60,519 nt of DNA from Pseudomonadota bacterium (GTDB taxonomy: Bacteria > Bdellovibrionota > Bdellovibrionia > Bdellovibrionales > Bdellovibrionaceae): the NCBI GenBank assembly GCA_041178425.1, contig JBEGVH010000019.1:1-60519 (forward strand). The letters run 5' to 3'. Positions 28,201-36,018 of this stretch are shown one piece after another. Position 1 is the stretch's first letter; every line of letters starts with the position of its first letter. The notes beneath the pieces were generated by a model. The model was given only the letters and a program-made list of their open reading frames with translations. It had not been told where the DNA came from and searched no databases. The position numbers and the translations under genes are program-made.

Positions 28201-29087
28201 CTCAAGTTTTAATGCCTTTCATTGGTGGTAAAGAAATTAGCAGCTCACCGATTATTCAATTCTCTAAATACATTATTAATTTCGGCGAAATGAGCCTCGA
28301 GGAAGCGTCGAAGTATTCTGATCTTATTGAGATTGTCAGGCTGAAAGTGAAGCCCATACGAGATAAAATTTCTGGAAATAATAACGATGCAAAAAAACGC
28401 AGAGAAAATTGGTGGTTATGGGGTAGAAATACGCCAGGGATCCACAAATACTGCAAAACTTTTAGTAATATAATAGTATGTGCACACACGGGAACACATA
28501 AATCTTTTACTTTTTTTGATGCCAAATCAGCTTTTGACCAGTCATTAATTGTGTTTGCTTCTGACAATTTTTCTTTTTTTTCTGTACTTCAATCCACAGT
28601 ACATTTTATATGGATTCTTTTAAATAGCTCTTCCATGAAGGATGATTTACGTTATACACCATCCGATAGTTTTGAGACATTCCCGTTCCCTAATAAATAC
28701 GAAGAGAACTCCACTCTGTTATCCTTAGGGCAGGAATACTTCACATTTAGATCTCATCTAATGACCTCACTAAGTGAAGGACTAACAAAACTTTATAATC
28801 GCTTTCATGACCCTAATGAAACATGCAAGGACATCTTAAAGTTAAGAGAACTACACTGTAAAATTGATCGAGAAATAATTGCTTCGTATGGATGGAATGA
28901 CATTGATTTAAAATATGAGTTTATCTTAGATTTCGAAGAAGAGGATGATGAATCATTATCTAATAGAAAAAAACCATATAGATATCGTTTTAATGAAGAA
29001 GTTCACTTTGAGATCCTTAGCAGGCTCATTAAACTAAACAATGAGCGATATACATCAGAAGTCCGTCTTGGGCTTCATAAGAGGTAA
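25233..29087 (+). CDS. drmMI: DISARM N6-adenine DNA methyltransferase DrmMI
   Basis: DPAMGSGAF (motif I), GNPPF (motif IV) and a C-terminal MmeI-like target recognition region (RYTPSDSFETFPFP). ATG 25233 has an RBS; GTG 25221 is an alternative. Confidence 0.88.
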   Translation: MASNKSIEYHQQWIGYLNPTGLVFSPHALDDAQAVINESVISEQKEFLNLVTKTLNDSTEFIGFENVRDLFFKVLNWRESDLNPDPTIIAQYSFSHPQFGEVISPTYVTKVNDEKIILIQQLAQDDFDKTANTEDAWNSSPHFKFERLLREKQISTGFIVSKEKLRLIFAQRGESSGYIDFPFKIMYQPSGRLVFAAFRELLSATKVFNSPKGQSLIEILELSRKYQAQVSIELSGQVLAALYELLRGFQTANDDGSGKLLEKTLKENPQLIYEGLLTTLLRMVFIMYAEDRNLLAIDEVYQSSYSLAGLYERLRQDEAQNPDTMDSRYGAWAYLISLFRLIYDGAEYDSEKGKVVLPARHGHLFDPNMYLFLEGRNFRDQLYSKAPKISDGVVFRVLKNLIVLNGERISYRTLDVEQIGSVYETMMGFELGRAAGETIALKPAKSHGAPLPINLDEILAAKDKSKKLGEVSELKLSDKVKKEVNECKTIEELESVLDKRIDRRATPFRLSKDAMVLVPSEARRKSGSHYTPRELTEPIVRVALEPILKNLGDKPTPEQIIDLKICDPAMGSGAFLVEVCRQISEKLVESWAAHKVKVIISADEDELLHARRLIAQKCLYGVDKNHMAVNLAKLSIWLVTLAKDHAFTFLDHNIKHGDSLVGLKNKQIEAFDYAERGDLPLFQYVKDQLKEAIEAREEIIHATHEQNYEALKEIEEEYLDRLAPLRLVGNLALRCFFDGHNEKERAKKLEEHRLVISNFLSANNYEKLEKYCREKLSEINSQFVPFHWELEFPEVFIRTNKGFDCFIGNPPFAGKNSIISGNAEEYYNYLLTQFNESSGNADLVSYFLKRTFSFINSDGVCVLITTNSVAQGETRESGLSYIVKTGGHIFYAIRRKRWPGDAAVVVSIVGITKKSGVPTVLDGVPVTKISSHLLKNIDEVIVQQLIANRNKAFKGGVIMGDGFIFDDNDENCAGSTTLAKSFLAKNENNSQVLMPFIGGKEISSSPIIQFSKYIINFGEMSLEEASKYSDLIEIVRLKVKPIRDKISGNNNDAKKRRENWWLWGRNTPGIHKYCKTFSNIIVCAHTGTHKSFTFFDAKSAFDQSLIVFASDNFSFFSVLQSTVHFIWILLNSSSMKDDLRYTPSDSFETFPFPNKYEENSTLLSLGQEYFTFRSHLMTSLSEGLTKLYNRFHDPNETCKDILKLRELHCKIDREIIASYGWNDIDLKYEFILDFEEEDDESLSNRKKPYRYRFNEEVHFEILSRLIKLNNERYTSEVRLGLHKR

Positions 29088-29090
29088 TTA

Positions 29091-32000
29091 ATGTTATCCA
29101 CTGAAATAAGAGAAAATGTTTTAAATGCAATGAAACTTGACCTAATTGGGCCAAGTTATAATTCTGAACAAAAATACCTTCAAGAGGTTTTAGGCGTTCA
29201 GCCGTCAGCATATTACCTTACAGGTTTTCTTGTTCCTCACGGTTCTAAAATTCAAGTTGATGTCGAAGAGGATGAAGCTAATGTCAGTCCTGATGATACA
29301 GATGACAACGCCGAATCTGCCGGAGATGAAGCAAATTCATTTATTAAAAGATTTCCTTCTTCTATAGGTTTGAGCGTCCTTCTTAAAAAAGATACCAGAG
29401 AATTAAAAGTTATTTGTCGTTGGGGTGAATATAAGCCCCAGCAAGAAGACGACAAAACTCTTTGGTCGAGAGCCAATGTCGAAAAACTCGCTAAGGTAAT
29501 TCTGTCAAATGATGTTAATCAAAAATTTGCAATTACTGATGACGTTGAATTGATCATTAATCAGAAAATCTTGAATCTCGCTAGTGATTCCTATAATCTA
29601 CTTGAGAATGGAACAAAGTCACTTTCAGTATTTTTAGTAAATAGAAAATCTATCAAGAACGCTGACCGCCCAGATGATTCTTTTATGTTTCAGGCTGAAA
29701 TGGAAATTCATGTGGCCAATGGATTTTGTCCTCGTCCAAACCTCCGAGCCTTAGAATCTACTGATCCAGATGATAGTATTGCTGATCTTCAATTTGCTAA
29801 CATCCATGAATATGCCACTGGACACGGCGTCGCTGCTCTTTTTGAAACTCAAGATGGGTCTTGTAAAAAGATAACAACCTCATGGATGCCTTCATATGAA
29901 GTTGAGGGAGTACAATCACACGATACCGAAGGCCTAGAACTTCGCATGGAAGAACTTTCGAAACTCGATGGCTTTGAATCAGCCAAGGCGAAACTTTCAC
30001 CTCTTCTGGAAGATTATAGACAATGGATAAAAAAACAATCAGAACTGATCCCGAAGGGCATTAAAAAAAGAGAAGACACTGGAAACTATCTAATCGGAAA
30101 ATATGATTTTGCTCTTAAAAGAATTGAAGATGGTATCAATCTTTTGCAAGATAAGAAAGTTCTTGAATCTTTCAAAGTGGCAAATATTGTAATGGCTGAA
30201 GCTGCAAAGAAAAGAAGGTCAGACAATCCTAAATGGAGAACTTTCCAACTTGCATTTGTTTTGATGAATCTTAAAGGGATTATCAATCCTGCTGATTCTG
30301 AACGCGACACTGTTGATTTATTATATTTTCCTACAGGTGGCGGTAAAACGGAAGCTTACCTCGGTGTAGTAGCTTTTACTCTTGTCTATAGACGATTAGT
30401 TGATCCAACGATCACCTCTGCTGGCGTAAGTATCTTGATGAGATACACACTCAGACTTTTAACGCTCGATCAGCTTGAGCGAGCAACAACTCTAATCTGT
30501 GCGCTTGAGAAAGTTCGCCGCGAACAAAAAGCAATATGGAACTTAGGCGAATGGCCTTATGAAATTGGGCTTTGGGTAGGCCAAGCTGCGACTCCCAATA
30601 GGCTTGGAGCAAAAGGCGATAATAACCAATGGTCAGCGCGAACAATGCTTAGGGCTTTTCAAAATGATCGTGGTAAATCTCCAGTACCACTTGAAAAATG
30701 CCCTTGGTGTGGAACTGCTTTACATCCAAAGAATAGTTTAAAATTAGAAACATCAGCCGATCATCCAACTGACCTGAATGTTATTTGCGACAATCGTGAT
30801 TGCGATTTTACGGCAAGTAAATTTGGGAAACTTCCTTTGGTGGTTGTCGATGAAGTAATATACCGAAAACTACCATGTTTTATTATTTCAACAGTAGATA
30901 AATTAGCATCAATGCCGTGGGAAGAGAAAATCGGAAAACTCTTTGGACGCGTTGATAAATTTCATAAAGACTTAGGTTTTTTCTCTTCGACAGAAAATCA
31001 GGCTGGTGCCCAGAGATTACCTGGTGAATTAAGACCGTTAGATCTTATCATTCAAGATGAGCTTCACCTAATTTCAGGTCCCCTTGGTACAATGGTAGGT
31101 CTTTATGAAACTGCCGTTGATGAACTTTCATCAAGAACGGTTGGCGGCAAGAAGATTAGAGCCAAGATCATTGCTTCAACTGCAACAGTAAGACACGCGC
31201 AGAAACAAGTTAAGGCCCTTTACGGAAGAAGCGCCGTTGATATTTTCCCAGTTCCGGGTGTTACTTCTAAAGATTCATTCTTTGCAAAGACAGTTCCTGT
31301 AACTCAAAACTCTGGACGCTTGTATGTGGGAATTGCAGCTCAGGGCCGCTCAACCAAAAACTTATTATCAAAGTCATATCTTTCCAGCATGAGTGCTGCT
31401 CAAAAACAGCTCGACCTCTCCGGAAACACCAATATCTGTGATCCTTTTATGACAGCTCTTGGATACTTCAACTCTCTTCGTGAGCTTGGTGGGGCAAGGA
31501 GGATTATTGAAGATGAAGTTAATTCCAAACTCAGAAATTACTCTTCGTTTAGAAAAAGAGCTAACGAACAAGCCTCTGGCATTCTTGCTGATCGGGCTAT
31601 CAAGTTTGAAGTTCTTGAACTTACTTCCCGTGAAGATACAGCACGAGTTGCATTGGCCAAACATAGACTTTCAAAACCTCATGGGAATGATGAGTTTGTA
31701 AACGTAGCAATCGCAACCAATATGATTTCTGTGGGTCTTGATATTACAAGACTTGGGCTTATGCTAGTTTTTGGTCAGCCAAAAACTACTTCCGAGTATA
31801 TTCAAGCATCAAGCCGTGTTGGTCGCGGATCAACGCCAGGCCTTGTAATCACTCTTTATAACATTCATAGACATCGTGACAGATCACTATATGAGAGATT
31901 TGTCCCTTATCATAAAAGTTACTATCGTGACGTTGAAACGACGAGTGTAACCCCATTCTCAACGAAAGCTTTAGATAAGGGCCTCGCTGGAACTTATCTC

Positions 32001-32396
32001 TCAATCGTGCGCCACTTAATTGATGGTATGAGGCAAGAAGCAGATGCAGGGAAGATCGTTGCGAAAAAGAATGAACTAAATTCTATTGTTTCTAATCTTA
32101 TTTTACAAAGGTTGGTAGCTTCGGGTTCTTCTCAATCTACAGCAGCAAGTCTTCAAGAGAGATTGAGTTCACTTTTGGATGACTGGGAAAAAATACTAAA
32201 TTTTTCTAATGAGCAAAATGAACCATTGAATTATACTGACGGAGATAATTCACTTATTCATCAATATCTTGATCCGAAACTTTCAGAACTACCAGACTAT
32301 TTTTTAAAGTTCAGGGCAAATCGCTCCATGCGAGAGGTGGAACCTACTGTGAATATTTGGGTTAAAGGTATGAACGACCAGGATTTGGAGGAGTAA
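29091..32396 (+). CDS. drmA: DISARM helicase DrmA
   Basis: YFPTGGGKTEAY, CPWCG, QDELHL, ATNMISVGLD and QASSRVGR motifs. Confidence 0.92.
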   Translation: MLSTEIRENVLNAMKLDLIGPSYNSEQKYLQEVLGVQPSAYYLTGFLVPHGSKIQVDVEEDEANVSPDDTDDNAESAGDEANSFIKRFPSSIGLSVLLKKDTRELKVICRWGEYKPQQEDDKTLWSRANVEKLAKVILSNDVNQKFAITDDVELIINQKILNLASDSYNLLENGTKSLSVFLVNRKSIKNADRPDDSFMFQAEMEIHVANGFCPRPNLRALESTDPDDSIADLQFANIHEYATGHGVAALFETQDGSCKKITTSWMPSYEVEGVQSHDTEGLELRMEELSKLDGFESAKAKLSPLLEDYRQWIKKQSELIPKGIKKREDTGNYLIGKYDFALKRIEDGINLLQDKKVLESFKVANIVMAEAAKKRRSDNPKWRTFQLAFVLMNLKGIINPADSERDTVDLLYFPTGGGKTEAYLGVVAFTLVYRRLVDPTITSAGVSILMRYTLRLLTLDQLERATTLICALEKVRREQKAIWNLGEWPYEIGLWVGQAATPNRLGAKGDNNQWSARTMLRAFQNDRGKSPVPLEKCPWCGTALHPKNSLKLETSADHPTDLNVICDNRDCDFTASKFGKLPLVVVDEVIYRKLPCFIISTVDKLASMPWEEKIGKLFGRVDKFHKDLGFFSSTENQAGAQRLPGELRPLDLIIQDELHLISGPLGTMVGLYETAVDELSSRTVGGKKIRAKIIASTATVRHAQKQVKALYGRSAVDIFPVPGVTSKDSFFAKTVPVTQNSGRLYVGIAAQGRSTKNLLSKSYLSSMSAAQKQLDLSGNTNICDPFMTALGYFNSLRELGGARRIIEDEVNSKLRNYSSFRKRANEQASGILADRAIKFEVLELTSREDTARVALAKHRLSKPHGNDEFVNVAIATNMISVGLDITRLGLMLVFGQPKTTSEYIQASSRVGRGSTPGLVITLYNIHRHRDRSLYERFVPYHKSYYRDVETTSVTPFSTKALDKGLAGTYLSIVRHLIDGMRQEADAGKIVAKKNELNSIVSNLILQRLVASGSSQSTAASLQERLSSLLDDWEKILNFSNEQNEPLNYTDGDNSLIHQYLDPKLSELPDYFLKFRANRSMREVEPTVNIWVKGMNDQDLEE

Positions 32397-32397
32397 A

Positions 32398-34200
32398 ATG
32401 GCAAAAGCACACGGAGAAGTTCGCCAAAGTCAAATTATTACAACTTTTGGACCTGGATCATTACTTGATTTACCGAAATACTCAGTCATCGTAGCAGGAC
32501 TTGATAACATTCAAGCCGACGTGGAAATACAAGAGCCACGCCTGCTTGAGAAAGTTAGGCGGATTCCAGGCCTTCAACATGTTTCTGCACTGAAAAACCC
32601 GCCTCGACAGGTTGAAACTTACGGAACAGATTCTTCCGGGATGAGAGCCCATCGGTTTCCTGACTGGTTTATCACAACTCAGATTCCTAATAGTCGAGAT
32701 AGATTTCTAATTCCAAAAGGAAAAGTGGTTAAACAAAGATATGAAGATGAAGATGGAAATAAGTATTCTGTTGTACCTGTTCGATTTTTGAGAGCTTGTC
32801 GCAGAGGTCATATTGATGACATTGACTGGAAGGGTTTTATTCATTTCGGACAACGGGAATGTAATGTCCCTATTTACAGATTTACTGAAATTGGAAATTC
32901 TGGTGACGCCTCTGATATCGTGGTAACTTGCTCATGTGGAGCAAGTAGACACCTTGAAGAAGCAAAAGAACCCGGTCAAGACACTTTAGGATGGTGTCGA
33001 GGCAAAAGACCCTGGCTTGGATTTGTTGCTGAAGAGGATTGCAATGAACTTTCACGCTTGGTAATTAGAAACGCATCAAACATTTACTTTCCTCAGGTTT
33101 TGAGTGTTATTTCAATTCCACCAAAGCAAAATATTACTCTTGGCGACATTATTCTTAAACATTTGAATATCATTGGCAATTTAACAGATGTTGTTCAAAT
33201 CGATGCGTTTAGAACCATTCCTTTGTTAAAAGAAGATTTTAAGGATTTTTCAAATCAAGAAATCTGGGACTGCCTCCAAACGATTAAACAGACTGGTCAA
33301 AATCCTGAAAGAGTGTCCTTAAAAGATGCTGAATTTGAAACACTCTTCTCGTCAGAAGATGAAATTGGCAAGGACTGGCCTGCTGGTACTTTCTATTCAA
33401 AAGCAATTAAGAAAGAAAATTGGGGGACGGCCCCCTTCATGGATAAATTCTCACGCTTAGTCCTAGTGCATAGATTAAGGGAGGTTAGATCATTAGTTGG
33501 GTTCACTCGATTAGACAAATTGAGTTTGGGAATCGATGGAGAACTTGAAGAGAATGAGACTGTTCATCGCGCAGCACTCTCTTTAGGTAATGTACCTTGG
33601 ATACCAACAGTAGAGAATCGCGGTGAAGGTATCTTTATTGGATTCGACAAAGAGAAGGTTAAAGAGTGGGCCAATCAACCTAAAGTAATAGAGCGAAATC
33701 AGCATCTTATTGATGGCATGAGACGCCTTTTTGCGGAGAAAGACCGTGACTTCGATGAAACCGATTTTCCTGGAATTGCGTATTATATGCTTCACTCCTT
33801 TTCCCATATGTTAATCACTGCCGTTTCTTTAGAGTGTGGTTATCCTGCAAGTTCAATAAAGGAAAGAATCTACTGTTCGAAACAAGGATATGGCGTGCTT
33901 CTTTATACTGGATCACCAGATGCCGAAGGGACTCTGGGGGGGCTCATTGAAGCTGGAAGAGAAATTCATAAATACATCAAGATTGCTCTTGAGATGGGAG
34001 AGCTTTGCTCAAACGATCCAATTTGCTCTCAACACCGTCCAGATCACAACTTAGATGATAAATTTCTTTTGGGTGCCGCATGTCACGGTTGCCTTCTAAT
34101 TGCGGAGACATCCTGTGAAATGAGTAACAACCACCTAGATAGATCGCTTGTAGTCCCTACGTTGGAGCATCTGGGTTGCGAATTTTTTAGCGTGGTTTAA
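32398..34200 (+). CDS. drmB: DISARM DUF1998 protein DrmB
   Basis: VRQSQIITTFGPG N-terminus and CSNDPIC...ACHGC...ETSCE cysteine cluster. Confidence 0.92.
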   Translation: MAKAHGEVRQSQIITTFGPGSLLDLPKYSVIVAGLDNIQADVEIQEPRLLEKVRRIPGLQHVSALKNPPRQVETYGTDSSGMRAHRFPDWFITTQIPNSRDRFLIPKGKVVKQRYEDEDGNKYSVVPVRFLRACRRGHIDDIDWKGFIHFGQRECNVPIYRFTEIGNSGDASDIVVTCSCGASRHLEEAKEPGQDTLGWCRGKRPWLGFVAEEDCNELSRLVIRNASNIYFPQVLSVISIPPKQNITLGDIILKHLNIIGNLTDVVQIDAFRTIPLLKEDFKDFSNQEIWDCLQTIKQTGQNPERVSLKDAEFETLFSSEDEIGKDWPAGTFYSKAIKKENWGTAPFMDKFSRLVLVHRLREVRSLVGFTRLDKLSLGIDGELEENETVHRAALSLGNVPWIPTVENRGEGIFIGFDKEKVKEWANQPKVIERNQHLIDGMRRLFAEKDRDFDETDFPGIAYYMLHSFSHMLITAVSLECGYPASSIKERIYCSKQGYGVLLYTGSPDAEGTLGGLIEAGREIHKYIKIALEMGELCSNDPICSQHRPDHNLDDKFLLGAACHGCLLIAETSCEMSNNHLDRSLVVPTLEHLGCEFFSVV

Positions 34201-34201
34201 A

Positions 34202-34969
34202 ATGAAAATTGAAGAATTAAAGCTTATTATTGCCAATTTAAAAAGTGAACGATGGACTCTCCCGTTGAGTCCTTTCCTTTTAAAAGAGGTTTTTAATTCT
34301 GAGCGAGCGACTTATTGGGAAGAGCTTTTTAAAGGTTTTCAAGAAAATCAGTTCAATCATAAGCAAATTATCTTTGCACTAAACCAAATTGAAAATCAGC
34401 TATTGGCCGATAATACAAAAAAGGCAGCCACTTTTGAGTTGGTTTGGACAGGTCCTGAAGCCCAAAACTCAACTCTCAGAGATACCGCCATTGTCGCTCA
34501 GGATCTATTTAGACAGGCAAAGAATGAAGTTGTTATTGCTGGCTTTGCTTTCTACCAAGGGAAAGAACTTTTCAAAGTATTAGGCCATAAAATGGATACT
34601 GATCCTAATTTCAAAGTCGCATTTTTTGTAGATGTTCGGAGAGATGGTAACACATCTGTGGAAGAGGCAGTTTTGTTAAAATTCAAAATAGATTTTAAAA
34701 AGAAACAATGGCCCGCAAATAGACTTCCGGAAATTTATTACGATCCCCGAACACTGGTTCTTGACGGCGAAGTGAAGTCATCTATGCATGCAAAATGTAT
34801 CATTGTTGACTCCGAACAAACGTTGATTACATCGGCAAATTTCACACAAGCAGCTCACCACCGAAACATTGAGGCTGGTGTTGTTATTCAGTCAAAAGAA
34901 TATGCGATAAGCTTAAAGTCTCAATTTTTCAATGTCGTAGAAGCTGGGTTATTGAAGAGGATTATATGA
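34202..34969 (+). CDS. drmC: DISARM phospholipase D-family nuclease DrmC
   Basis: LVWTGP, HAKCIIVD (HKD) and TSANFT...NIEAG motifs. Confidence 0.92.
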   Translation: MKIEELKLIIANLKSERWTLPLSPFLLKEVFNSERATYWEELFKGFQENQFNHKQIIFALNQIENQLLADNTKKAATFELVWTGPEAQNSTLRDTAIVAQDLFRQAKNEVVIAGFAFYQGKELFKVLGHKMDTDPNFKVAFFVDVRRDGNTSVEEAVLLKFKIDFKKKQWPANRLPEIYYDPRTLVLDGEVKSSMHAKCIIVDSEQTLITSANFTQAAHHRNIEAGVVIQSKEYAISLKSQFFNVVEAGLLKRII

Positions 34970-36018
34970 TTTTGTATAAGCCTAAAGAGTTGCCGATTCC
35001 AGAAGAAATCAGGGTTGCTGCTAAAATGGGGCGCCTTACTTTTTTTATTGGAGCCGGAGTTTCTCGCCTGTATGGACTTCCATCTTGGGAAGAACTAGCA
35101 AATAAGATGCTTTTACGCCTTGCCGAATGTGGGAAATTAAATCATAGTTTAGTTGATCTGCTTACTAAATATCCTACAAAAGTTAAAATATCGATCGCAG
35201 ACCATTATTTTACAGAAAATAGAAAAGAAGAAAGTCATAGTCAACATCCAAGATTGACATACAATTCTGTTTTAATGGATGGAATAAGCAACAAGGATAT
35301 TCATAAACAAATACCTGTCTATACGTCCATTGCAAAATGTAATGTAAAACTACTCACAACCAACTATGATAGCTTGCTGTCTGATGTCCTTAGTTCAGTG
35401 GCCATCACTGACTCATTTTTAGCAGAAGCACAAATTGAATCCGACCTACCAATTGAGTCTCCAGCTAGGAGCAAAATTTTCGATTACAAAATATTTAGAT
35501 GCCTAGCGGAACTAGAGGAATCGTCACTAACGCAAAATAACATTCTAGTGCATTTACATGGTTCTCTTAATAATGAAGAAGCGCTGATCGCATCCACTCG
35601 AAGTTATCTTAATTTTTATGGGGATAAGGCAAATCAACAACGGTTGACTCTTTTATTCCAAAAGCAAACGGTTGTATTTTTTGGATATGGACTTGAGGAA
35701 TTAGAAATGTTAGATCTTCTATTGAAATCCTCAACCTCAGAAAATGTCTCACCAGAAAGCCCACGTTTCTTTTTAGTTCTTTCGCTTCTTTCCCATGAAT
35801 TGGAAATTCTAAAGCACCTTCAAATTTACTATGACCAACTTGGAGTAAGGCTTTTAGCTTTCTGTCGAGACACTAAAGGATATCTCGCATTGGCAGATGT
35901 TCTTGATGAATGGACTAAAACTCTAATCCCACTTGTGGAACACCCATCACAGGTTGACCACTCATTAGTAATGGATCAGTTACGAAGACAATTTAATGAG
36001 ATTCTTAATGACGAGTAG
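34966..36018 (+). CDS. SIR2-domain (SIR2_2) putative NADase
   Basis: FIGAGVS, TTNYD, HLHGS and VFFGYGL motifs; ATGA overlap with drmC. Confidence 0.88.
   Translation: MILYKPKELPIPEEIRVAAKMGRLTFFIGAGVSRLYGLPSWEELANKMLLRLAECGKLNHSLVDLLTKYPTKVKISIADHYFTENRKEESHSQHPRLTYNSVLMDGISNKDIHKQIPVYTSIAKCNVKLLTTNYDSLLSDVLSSVAITDSFLAEAQIESDLPIESPARSKIFDYKIFRCLAELEESSLTQNNILVHLHGSLNNEEALIASTRSYLNFYGDKANQQRLTLLFQKQTVVFFGYGLEELEMLDLLLKSSTSENVSPESPRFFLVLSLLSHELEILKHLQIYYDQLGVRLLAFCRDTKGYLALADVLDEWTKTLIPLVEHPSQVDHSLVMDQLRRQFNEILNDE

Noticed and set aside
22043..29087. SNF2 helicase plus methyltransferase as BREX or a stand-alone type IIG/III RM system
   Set aside because: No pglZ/brxC or res gene is present, and the downstream drmA-drmB-drmC identify class I DISARM.
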